This document shows, piece after piece, positions 1 to 7,790 of a DNA stretch of 24,999 nt (position 1 is the stretch's first letter; every line of letters begins with the position of its first letter). This DNA is from a virus (taxonomy: Duplodnaviria > Caudoviricetes). The notes below the pieces were generated by a model. The model was not told where the DNA came from, ran no database searches, and saw only the letters and a list, made by a program, of their open reading frames with translations. Location: positions 1 to 24,999 of the IMG/VR virus record IMGVR_UViG_3300038673_000096. One strand, given 5' to 3'. The translations under genes were made by a program, and so were the position numbers.

Positions 1-474
1 GAGACAACAGACATCAGTAGCATCAGGCCCAGTAAATATGCTCCCAAGGGTAAGGCCGATCAGATACGCAAGCTGAAGGATGAGCATCCCGATCTATCTC
101 ATAATCAGATAGCCAAGCTTACTGATACTGATCCATCTAACGTTACCAGAGTATTACAGAGGTATGGGGCTGAATATAAAGAGGTAGAGAGATATAAGAG
201 GCATAGGGCCGATATTCTGGCTGGAGTGCAGGTTCGGCTATTGAAAAGCATCACCCAGGCAGATATTGAAAAGGCCCCGGTCGGCTCCCGTATCCTCGCC
301 GTAGTGCAGCTGTACGATAAGGAAAGGCTGGAACGTGGGAAGGCAACCGATATAATTGGCTATAAGGGTATGGTAGCCCAGGCGATCGTCTCCTTGGATA
401 AGCTCAAGGAGATGGAGGCCCAGCTTGTCTCGGTGGGGAGCAACCCCCGTTTTGAGGCACAAAATGAGGGTTAA
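1..474 (+). CDS. Putative terminase small subunit / HTH DNA-binding protein (5'-truncated by window edge)
   Basis: Frame 1 is open from base 1 to TAA at 472-474, so the ORF is longer than the track's 226..474. It contains an HTH-like segment (HPDLSHNQIAKLTDTDPSNVTRVLQRY) and a helical C-terminal part (LYDKERLERGKATDII), and lies upstream of terL. Confidence 0.6.
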   Translation, partial: ETTDISSIRPSKYAPKGKADQIRKLKDEHPDLSHNQIAKLTDTDPSNVTRVLQRYGAEYKEVERYKRHRADILAGVQVRLLKSITQADIEKAPVGSRILAVVQLYDKERLERGKATDIIGYKGMVAQAIVSLDKLKEMEAQLVSVGSNPRFEAQNEG

Positions 475-568
475 TATGCCACTCCCTTCCCACCTACCTA
501 TAACCGTTATCCACCCCCCTGATATACCCACCCTGTATCCCAATGATTACGCACATATAGCGTTATTC

Positions 569-596
569 AGTGAAGATAAGCATTATTATGTAAACT
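569..596 (+). other. dif-like XerC/XerD recombination site
   Basis: AGTGAAGATAA-GCATTA-TTATGTAAACT has the 11+6+11 architecture with inner ATAA/TTAT symmetry. The right arm matches the XerD-type arm TTATGT(T/A)AA(A/C)T. It is intergenic. Confidence 0.7.
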
Positions 597-843
597 CTCG
601 ACATTATTGTCGAATTAGGTTTGATTGGTTTTCAGATCGCTCCGGCATCAAGGGGGTAGGGAGGAGGGGCGATGGCTCACTCTCTCAAGTTAAAGTTACT
701 TCCCTCCCCGGAGAACATTTTTCTAAAAGGGCCCCATCCCCATGGCAGCGCACCGTCAATCCGATAAAGGAAACCAATTTTGCTTCTTTATATAGTTACA
801 GGTGTTGTGGTGTCACATCAAAAACTTTCTGCAAGGGTATCTC

Positions 844-1470
844 ATGGATAATTTCTTTCAGGTAGACAACGATGCTATCAAGTTACTTCCCGCTATAGGG
901 CATTCAGCATTTGTTGTTTACTCCGCCCTCAAGATGTATATGAACAAGCAGACTAAAGAGTGCTTCCCCTCTCAGGAGAAGCTTGCAGCAGTTTGTTGTA
1001 TGGATAAAAGACGGATTCTCAGGGCAATCAAGACCCTTGAGATATACGGGCTTATCAATGTCAAGAGACAGCAACGCAAACCCAATATCTACTATCTCCG
1101 CGACAAGACCTCATGGGGGGAGGACATCTACTCTCTCGGCAAGGGCATTATCATGCGATGTCCTGAATGTGACCTTCCTGTAGTAAGAGATCGCGCCAAA
1201 GGTGCCTTCATTTGCCCACAATGCCACATGGATGTCGGCAACTACGTTCAAGAGGTATTGGGCTACCATTACCCCGGAATCTCTTCACAGAGCATCTTTG
1301 GCAGGGCTAAGAAGGCATGGGAGATAAACGACTCATACGGCTACCCTGATTCATTCTATGAGGCCCTTGTGGGCAATGACCATGAAGGCCCTCTCCCTGA
1401 ATCTCACCCTGTCACGGTCCATGTGGACTTTGAAAGTGGGAAGGTAACGGAGGTACGGAATGCAGCCTAA
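844..1470 (+). CDS. Winged-helix (HTH_36 / phage replication-protein N-terminal-like) protein with a Zn-ribbon
   Basis: Motif VYSALKMY...CFPSQEKLAAVCCMDKRRILRAIKTLEIYGLI...KPNIYYL, then CPEC-x14-CPQC. The likely start is ATG 844 after AAGGGT (track start 802). Confidence 0.7.
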   Translation: MDNFFQVDNDAIKLLPAIGHSAFVVYSALKMYMNKQTKECFPSQEKLAAVCCMDKRRILRAIKTLEIYGLINVKRQQRKPNIYYLRDKTSWGEDIYSLGKGIIMRCPECDLPVVRDRAKGAFICPQCHMDVGNYVQEVLGYHYPGISSQSIFGRAKKAWEINDSYGYPDSFYEALVGNDHEGPLPESHPVTVHVDFESGKVTEVRNAA

Positions 1471-1705
1471 CAACTGTTTCCACCCTGATTACTACCCTGA
1501 TATTTTTCTCCCCTTCGTCTGGTCCAATTTTGAAGATTGGCGATATGACGATTGGCAAGACGAATACCATTACGACGATTATCCACAGATGTCACATATC
1601 TCCCCTCACATGGCGACCATTCACCTTCATGGTTGCAAGGGGGAAGCAGAGGGGACGATAAGACCCTTCCCCCTTAATTTATCTCAGGAGGTAGTACATG
1701 GCTAA
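1460..1705 (+). CDS. Hypothetical protein (D/Y/W-rich)
   Basis: 81-aa ORF overlapping the upstream stop, with SD-like GGAGGT before the ATG. No recognisable motif. Confidence 0.35.
   Translation: MQPNNCFHPDYYPDIFLPFVWSNFEDWRYDDWQDEYHYDDYPQMSHISPHMATIHLHGCKGEAEGTIRPFPLNLSQEVVHG
1637..1675 (+). promoter_or_regulatory. 10-bp inverted repeat (possible attenuator or terminator) upstream of terL
   Basis: AAGGGGGAAG (1637-1646) and CTTCCCCCTT (1666-1675), followed by AATTT. Confidence 0.35.
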
Positions 1706-1766
1706 GAAGAAAGGTCCCTCAAATCGACAAGGCCAGCACATACCCTGCGCCCTACAAGGAGATTGA
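1698..1766 (+). CDS. 22-aa basic mini-ORF in frame with terL
   Basis: Strong SD AGGAGG then ATG 1698, encoding MAKKKGPSNRQGQHIPCALQGD. Its TGA (1764-1766) is directly followed by the terL GTG in the same frame. Confidence 0.4.
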   Translation: MAKKKGPSNRQGQHIPCALQGD

Positions 1767-3482
1767 GTGGTAGCATCGAAGGCACCCGCCCAGAAGGGCA
1801 CCACAAAGAAGAAGGCAGCCGTCAAAAAGAAGGCTCCCGTCAAACGTGCGCCGAAGTTTGTCACTAAAGACCCTTTGAGCCTCGATGTCGATATTAAGAA
1901 GCTTTCCCCCGCCGACCGGGAGAAATTGCTTGCCCATGTCAGGGAGGCTATTCAGGACAGGCAGAGGGTAATCAACGAACTCAAGGCTCTTAACCCCTTC
2001 TGGTGGTACGTCCCCTCTAATGGAGACCTTACCCCGGAAGGCATAGAGTTATTGCAGGATTATCTCAAACCCGAAGATATTCCCCAGGGGAGGCTTGACA
2101 GCCAGCTTGATTATCACCTCTCTACTGCGCCCATTAGAGGGGCTTCAGGGGGCAACCAGAGCGGCAAGAGCGTTTGTGGTGCCATTGACTGCCTGATAGA
2201 CGGTACAGGGGCGTTGCCGGAGTCCTTAAAGGATATTTACCCCAAGGAGAAATTGCCGACCGAGTTCCCACGGTTTTTTCGGTATGTGACCGTTGACCAT
2301 ACCACGTTCCTCAATACCGTTATCCCGACTTTTCAGCATTGGACCCCCAAGGAATATCTGATAGACGGTTCATGGGACAAGTCCTACAAGGAGGAAGGGA
2401 AGGAAGGCCAAAGGGTTCTCAAACTAGGGCAGAAGGGGAAACACCTTTGTTCCATTGAGTTTATGACCAACGAAATGAAGGTTGCCAAGTTTCAGGGTCC
2501 GCCCCGTCACAAGGTAATCTATGACGAGGAACCCCGGCAGGAAATCTACAAGGAAAATCTTCTTAGGTTTACCACGTCCTCCCGGTTGGACATTTCCTTC
2601 AACTTTACCCCTACTAATGGCCTTTCATGGGCAACTGATCTCTTTGAGGATGGGCAGGACGAGCGGGGGCAGAAGGTGGAACTCTTCAAGTTCTGTTCTG
2701 TCTGCAACCCTCAAGCCAACTTATCGACACTAAGGGGCATACTTGATGAGATAACCGACTACAACGAACTCAAGATGAGGCTCTTAGGCGAGTTTATCTC
2801 CCTTTCCGGCCTTGTCTACGGTCGGCTATTCAACCCGCACATCCACGTTATTGACCCATTTGTGGCAGACCGGGACGGGTACCTAGTGCTACTAGGGCTC
2901 GATCCCCACCTTGTCACCCGTACTGCGGCGGTATTCCTTGCCGTAGACCGGGAAGGGAACAAGTACGTGCTGGATTCCTACTTCGAGGAGGCCGACACGG
3001 AGAAGGTAAAGGCTGAAATCTGCAAAATATTCATTGAGAATGATTGGCGCTGGGGATGGTCCGTAGCAGACAGATCCTCCAATACCTCAATCATCGCCTT
3101 TGGGGGCAAGAACATTTTCATGGAATTGGCACGGCACCCCAATGCTATCAAGGCATTGCGGACGAGCGAGAAGTTTGAAGGGTCCATCAAGGCAGGGGTT
3201 GACGAGATTAAGCGCGCCCTCAAAGTGAATGAGGAGACGGGCAAACCAACCCTGTTTATCTGCAATACCCCGTCAAATAGAATGCTGATTCAGTCGTTCA
3301 GGACGTTGGAACGGGATACCTACAACAATGAGGACAAAATGGGCATGAAAGACCGTATCAAGGAAGGCAAACACCACCTCCATGCAGCCCTTCGATACCT
3401 CTTTCAGTATCCGCTTACATGGTATCCCGCAGTAGACAATATCCCACAACCCGCTTATGACGATGAAGCGGCGTGTTGGTAA
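1767..3482 (+). CDS. terL: Terminase large subunit
   Basis: Walker A GGNQSGKS, Walker B VIYDEE, coupling motif FTPT, and RNase H-like nuclease start LLGLDPH. Immediately upstream of the portal-sized gene. Confidence 0.92.
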   Translation: MVASKAPAQKGTTKKKAAVKKKAPVKRAPKFVTKDPLSLDVDIKKLSPADREKLLAHVREAIQDRQRVINELKALNPFWWYVPSNGDLTPEGIELLQDYLKPEDIPQGRLDSQLDYHLSTAPIRGASGGNQSGKSVCGAIDCLIDGTGALPESLKDIYPKEKLPTEFPRFFRYVTVDHTTFLNTVIPTFQHWTPKEYLIDGSWDKSYKEEGKEGQRVLKLGQKGKHLCSIEFMTNEMKVAKFQGPPRHKVIYDEEPRQEIYKENLLRFTTSSRLDISFNFTPTNGLSWATDLFEDGQDERGQKVELFKFCSVCNPQANLSTLRGILDEITDYNELKMRLLGEFISLSGLVYGRLFNPHIHVIDPFVADRDGYLVLLGLDPHLVTRTAAVFLAVDREGNKYVLDSYFEEADTEKVKAEICKIFIENDWRWGWSVADRSSNTSIIAFGGKNIFMELARHPNAIKALRTSEKFEGSIKAGVDEIKRALKVNEETGKPTLFICNTPSNRMLIQSFRTLERDTYNNEDKMGMKDRIKEGKHHLHAALRYLFQYPLTWYPAVDNIPQPAYDDEAACW

Positions 3483-3491
3483 GGATGAGGA

Positions 3492-5372
3492 ATGGCTAAA
3501 AAGAAAAAAGAACCGCTAACCGAAGAGTTTTTGCAGTCCAGAGCGCAGAAGTTGTTCAAGTCGTCATCTAATTTCAGGGATAAACAGATTGTTCCCCGAT
3601 GGATGGCCTCAAATAACCTCTATGACTCCATTTTCAGCAAGTCTACCACCAAACACGGGGGGACGGAGCGGGCGAACTCCGATGTCCTGACCGGACAGGG
3701 GCGGCTTTTTATCCCTAAGACCTACTCCCACCTTCAAAGGATGGTGGTTGACATCCTTGACGCCTTCTTTTTCGACCCGGAGGAGATTGTCGATGTCGTC
3801 TCATGGAAGAATATCCCCTCTGAGACAAAGGACATTGTTAAAACCCTGTTGAATTATCGCCTCAACGGACACCCCATCAATTTCTACGAGGAAGCCTACG
3901 AAGCGGTAGTTGATGCCATGAAAAACAAGGTTGGTATCTTTCAGGTTTACCCTGAATTGAAGACCGAGAAGGGGGCCGATGGAGCAGAGGTTATAACGGA
4001 CTTCCATCCCATGATAGAATGCCTCCCCTATGAGGATGCATTCTTTGACCCCCGCGCCACATGGAAGGACTATTACCGATTCCCTATCGTCACCCGCGTA
4101 GTCAGGAGTAAGGATTATCTCAAGCGCAGGGGATACATCAACCTTGACCTTATTCAAGCGCAAAACCCCGGCTATTCTCCCGACCAGATAAAGGAGCAGC
4201 GGTCACAGGACCAGGGATCACCCTTCCTTGCCGATGTATCCTTGACCGTCCCCAATGAGGAGACGGTAACGGTCTATACCGTGTGGGACTTCCTCGACGT
4301 TGAGGGGAACGGGGAACTTGTATCGTGTTCCTACACCCTTGCCGGAGATGCGGCAGAACCAAAGGTGCTTATCCGCAAGCCCACCAAAAACGACCTCCCC
4401 TATGACGTGCCGGGATGGGACTATAACCGCGCCCCTGTTTTTGTCGGGTCAGCATTTCCTGAACCCCACAAGATGTATGGGAAAGACCTCCCGGAGATTG
4501 TAGAGGGATTGCAGCGTGAGACTAACGCCCAAAGGAATCAGAGAAGGGAAGCGGTCGCCCTTGCCTTGAGGAAACCTATCCTCGCCAACAGGTCAGCAGG
4601 GCTTGACCTCACCCAATTGGTCAATCGAAAGATCGGCTCCGTGGTCCTGGGAGACGATATAACGACTTCATCCGTCAGGGAAATGGACATCTCAGACCCT
4701 ACCGGGTCAACGGTGCAGGAACAGGCGAAGACGGATCAGGACTTCTACGAGACGACCAGTATACCCCCGAACCTCATGGGAATGCCGACATCAAGCGATG
4801 AGACGGCCACGGCGGTAACAAGCCATATTGCCAATGCCAACAAGAAGATCGCACAGATTATCCGCAACCTTGCGATGACCCTGTTTCTTCCCACCTTTCG
4901 GGCATTGCTCAGGCTTGAGCAGGAGTACGAATCAGATCAGTTTATTGAACTTGTTACTGCCCGTAAACTTGGATGGAACCTTGCCGGAGATGCCACGCCT
5001 TCCCGCGTGTACATCCTTGGAGAGTTTGACCTTAACTGTAACCTCAGTATCAACAAGCAGACTCAGCTTAATAAGTACCTTATGGTAATGGACCGGGGCA
5101 ACCAGTACAACGCGACCCTGTTGTCAATGGTACAGAGCGGGGTAGTTGATGCCAATTCCGTGAAATTCTTCAACTCTCAACCTGTTTTGGCGCGGGTGTT
5201 CGCCCTCTTAGGGGAAAAGGCGTTTGACGAATTTATGATTAAAGCTACTCCACCTCCGCCTCAGATGGAGGGCCGCGGAAAGGGTGTAGCATCTATCACC
5301 GGACTGTCGGCGGCTCTTCCCGCCGAAGTAAGCAACCTGAACCCAGAGGGGATAACGGCAAATGGAATATAA
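3492..5372 (+). CDS. Portal protein (podovirus P22/SU10-like)
   Basis: 626 aa directly after terL. Motifs PEPHKMYGKDLPEIVEGLQRETNAQRNQ and ETATAV, helical C-terminus. Confidence 0.85.
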   Translation: MAKKKKEPLTEEFLQSRAQKLFKSSSNFRDKQIVPRWMASNNLYDSIFSKSTTKHGGTERANSDVLTGQGRLFIPKTYSHLQRMVVDILDAFFFDPEEIVDVVSWKNIPSETKDIVKTLLNYRLNGHPINFYEEAYEAVVDAMKNKVGIFQVYPELKTEKGADGAEVITDFHPMIECLPYEDAFFDPRATWKDYYRFPIVTRVVRSKDYLKRRGYINLDLIQAQNPGYSPDQIKEQRSQDQGSPFLADVSLTVPNEETVTVYTVWDFLDVEGNGELVSCSYTLAGDAAEPKVLIRKPTKNDLPYDVPGWDYNRAPVFVGSAFPEPHKMYGKDLPEIVEGLQRETNAQRNQRREAVALALRKPILANRSAGLDLTQLVNRKIGSVVLGDDITTSSVREMDISDPTGSTVQEQAKTDQDFYETTSIPPNLMGMPTSSDETATAVTSHIANANKKIAQIIRNLAMTLFLPTFRALLRLEQEYESDQFIELVTARKLGWNLAGDATPSRVYILGEFDLNCNLSINKQTQLNKYLMVMDRGNQYNATLLSMVQSGVVDANSVKFFNSQPVLARVFALLGEKAFDEFMIKATPPPPQMEGRGKGVASITGLSAALPAEVSNLNPEGITANGI

Positions 5373-5649
5373 CGCAGAAACGCAGAGATTAATCGACCTG
5401 TCGCGCAAGGCAGACGTGTTGCGGGATTTTAAGGTAAGCCCCTACTACAACACGCTTCGGGCTATCTTTGATGCCCTTGACCAGAAAGCCTTCGAGACGT
5501 TCAAGAAGGTGGACCCGTCCGATGTCAACGGCGTTATCCAGACTCAAATGATGAGCAAGGTAATAAGCCAACTATGGAGAGAAATAGACAATACCATCAG
5601 GGAAGGGGATTTAGCCTTACAGACCCTTTCAATGATGGAAGACGAATAA
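5362..5649 (+). CDS. Small helical head-assembly-region protein
   Basis: 95 aa between portal and scaffold, overlapping the portal stop. This position is commonly occupied in podoviruses. Confidence 0.7.
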   Translation: MEYNAETQRLIDLSRKADVLRDFKVSPYYNTLRAIFDALDQKAFETFKKVDPSDVNGVIQTQMMSKVISQLWREIDNTIREGDLALQTLSMMEDE

Positions 5650-5662
5650 CAGGAGGAATTTT

Positions 5663-6535
5663 ATGGAAACTACAACCTCTACCCCGGAAGGGATGAGCGG
5701 ACTTGAAACACCCAATATCGGCACCACGGACAAGTTGTTTCCTGAATACGCGGCAGAGGTAACGCCTCCACCCGCAGTTGAGGAACCAGAACCCCCCAAG
5801 GCCGAAGAACCGGAACCGGAAGTCTTTGAAACGCCTGTCCAGAATACTAGACTGTCGCTTGACGAGCATGGAGACCATATCGTTACCGTCAAGATTGATG
5901 GCGTAGAGAAGGAAGTCTCTTTCAAGGACGTTCTCAGGGGATACCAGACAGACCAGTATTTGACGCAGAAGGGACAGAAGCTTGCTCTTGAACGGCAGAC
6001 ATTCGAGGAAATGAGGAGGACCGTCGCCCCGGCGAAGGCCCCCGAACCGGAAGAGGTTGACCCGCTCACCGAGATACTTCAGCCCTATATCAAGCCCTTT
6101 CAGGCGAAGATTGCCGCGCTTGAGAATGCGTTGCAGGAGGTGTCAGTCGTCACGGCTCCGGCGAAGTATCAGCAGAACTTGACTAACCTTGACAATAGGC
6201 TGAAAGAGGAAGGCTTTGACGATTTCATGGCCTACGTGCCAAAGATCGAGGACTTTATCAAGTCTCTCCCTTTCGAGCAGCAAACACAATACGACAACCA
6301 ATTCGCCTATATCGACCTGTATAAAACGTACAAGATCAAGGATATCGTAGCCAAGGCAAACCAGCCGCATAACCCTGACCCGCGACCCGCCCCTAAAGTA
6401 ACCCCGATTGAACCAGTAGGCGGAACACCGACAGGGGCAGATACTTTTCAGGGTCAGTACAAAGCGGCGTTTGACAAGGCGAGGGAGACCGGAGATTGGA
6501 CGGAGGTATTCAGGTTGAAAGGCGTAATTACCTAG
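5663..6535 (+). CDS. Capsid scaffolding protein
   Basis: Acidic/Pro-rich N-terminus, scaffold-type motif TVKIDGVEKEVSFKDVLRGYQ..YLTQKGQKLA, coiled coils. SD AGGAGG; directly upstream of the MCP. Confidence 0.8.
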   Translation: METTTSTPEGMSGLETPNIGTTDKLFPEYAAEVTPPPAVEEPEPPKAEEPEPEVFETPVQNTRLSLDEHGDHIVTVKIDGVEKEVSFKDVLRGYQTDQYLTQKGQKLALERQTFEEMRRTVAPAKAPEPEEVDPLTEILQPYIKPFQAKIAALENALQEVSVVTAPAKYQQNLTNLDNRLKEEGFDDFMAYVPKIEDFIKSLPFEQQTQYDNQFAYIDLYKTYKIKDIVAKANQPHNPDPRPAPKVTPIEPVGGTPTGADTFQGQYKAAFDKARETGDWTEVFRLKGVIT

Positions 6536-6546
6536 GAGGGTAAATC

Positions 6547-7458
6547 ATGGCTGTACCAGCAAATACCTATACGACTTACGATTCCGCAGGGGAACGGGAA
6601 GACCTCATAGACGTTATTACGAATATCGCTCCCGAAGACACATGGTGTCTTTCCAACTTCGGCACCACGAAGGCCAGTAACCGTTATCACGAATGGCTGA
6701 CCGACACCCTTGACCCCCCGACCGCTAATAAAGTGGCAGAGGGTGACGATGCGACCGCAGCCGCAATCACCCCGCCGACAAGGACGGGAAACTACTGTCA
6801 GGTCTTGCGGAAGGTATTCCAGATTTCCGATACCGAAGAAGCGGTCAACCACGCCGGAAGGACATCGGAGATTGCCTACCAGACCACGCTCAAGATGAAG
6901 TCCCTTGCAAGGGATATTGAGTATGCAATCCTGGTCAACACCGGGTCCGCGTCCGGTGCATCGGGTACCGCGAGGGAGATGAACGGTCTTGTAGGCTTCA
7001 TCACTACAAACGTAACGACTGGCGCAACCGGAACGGGATCGAGCGCCCTTACCGAAACAATGCTCACTGATAACTTGCAGCTTGTATGGGCGCAGGGAGG
7101 CACCCCCTCTAACCTTATTTGCGGCGCCTTCCAGAAACGGAAAATTGACGCATTCACCACAAACACCCGTAACGTGGATGCCTCCGGCAAGAAGTTGATC
7201 GCGGCGGTTGACGTGTACCAGTCATCTTTTGGCACCGTTGCTTGTCGCTTGAGTACCATCATGAACACCAGCCTCGCCGGGTATGTCTTTGTAATCGGCG
7301 ACCTCAACCTGTGGAAAAAGGCATGGTTGAGACCCATCAAGAAGGTGGAGCTTGCCAAGACCGGATCGTCTACCAAGTGGATGATTGAGGCCGAGCTTAC
7401 CCTTGAATCACGACAGGAAGCCGGCTCCGGCAAGATTTACAACCTCACCACATCGTAA
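6547..7458 (+). CDS. Major capsid protein (DUF5309 / SU10-like HK97 fold)
   Basis: N-terminal GEREDLIDVITNIAPEDT, HEWLTDTL, AEGDDA, NYCQVLRK, LARDIEYAIL, and C-terminal LAKTGSSTKWMIEAELTLE. Confidence 0.9.
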   Translation: MAVPANTYTTYDSAGEREDLIDVITNIAPEDTWCLSNFGTTKASNRYHEWLTDTLDPPTANKVAEGDDATAAAITPPTRTGNYCQVLRKVFQISDTEEAVNHAGRTSEIAYQTTLKMKSLARDIEYAILVNTGSASGASGTAREMNGLVGFITTNVTTGATGTGSSALTETMLTDNLQLVWAQGGTPSNLICGAFQKRKIDAFTTNTRNVDASGKKLIAAVDVYQSSFGTVACRLSTIMNTSLAGYVFVIGDLNLWKKAWLRPIKKVELAKTGSSTKWMIEAELTLESRQEAGSGKIYNLTTS

Positions 7459-7464
7459 CCACAA

Positions 7465-7496
7465 CGGGAGGGGGCAACCCCTCCCGATTCCTCTTT
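7465..7496 (+). terminator. Stem-loop after the capsid gene (probably leaky intrinsic terminator)
   Basis: CGGGAGGGG-GCAA-CCCCTCCCG is a 9-bp stem with a GNRA loop, followed by an imperfect U-tract ATTCCTCTTT. Confidence 0.65.
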
Positions 7497-7508
7497 TGGA
7501 GAGAACCT

Positions 7509-7790
7509 ATGCTTATACGCAATAAGACTACGCTTACCAAAGTAGAGTACGATGCAGAACAGTACCATTTCACCCATATCCAGCCCATAGAAGGGATCAA
7601 GCGGGAAGCCGCGGAGATACGGCAATTCTCGGATAACGGTTGGACCAAGGAACGGAACTTCCGGCAGATAGCCCGTATTCCTGTACTTGAGGCCATGAAG
7701 CACCATGAGATATTCCACGATGCGAGGGCGATGAGGCGATACTTGCAAAATGAAGGGTCAGACTATCGGACAGTCAATGGGGGGTTTTAA
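7509..7790 (+). CDS. Hypothetical phage protein following MCP
   Basis: 93 aa with SD GGAG. Motif FRQIARIP...YRTVNGGF. TAATG coupling to the next gene. Confidence 0.75.
   Translation: MLIRNKTTLTKVEYDAEQYHFTHIQPIEGIKREAAEIRQFSDNGWTKERNFRQIARIPVLEAMKHHEIFHDARAMRRYLQNEGSDYRTVNGGF

Noticed and set aside
425-865. 146-aa ORF on the + strand
   Set aside because: It has a non-ATG start, overlaps both neighbours, shows no motif, and spans the dif-like site and low-complexity runs; probably non-coding.
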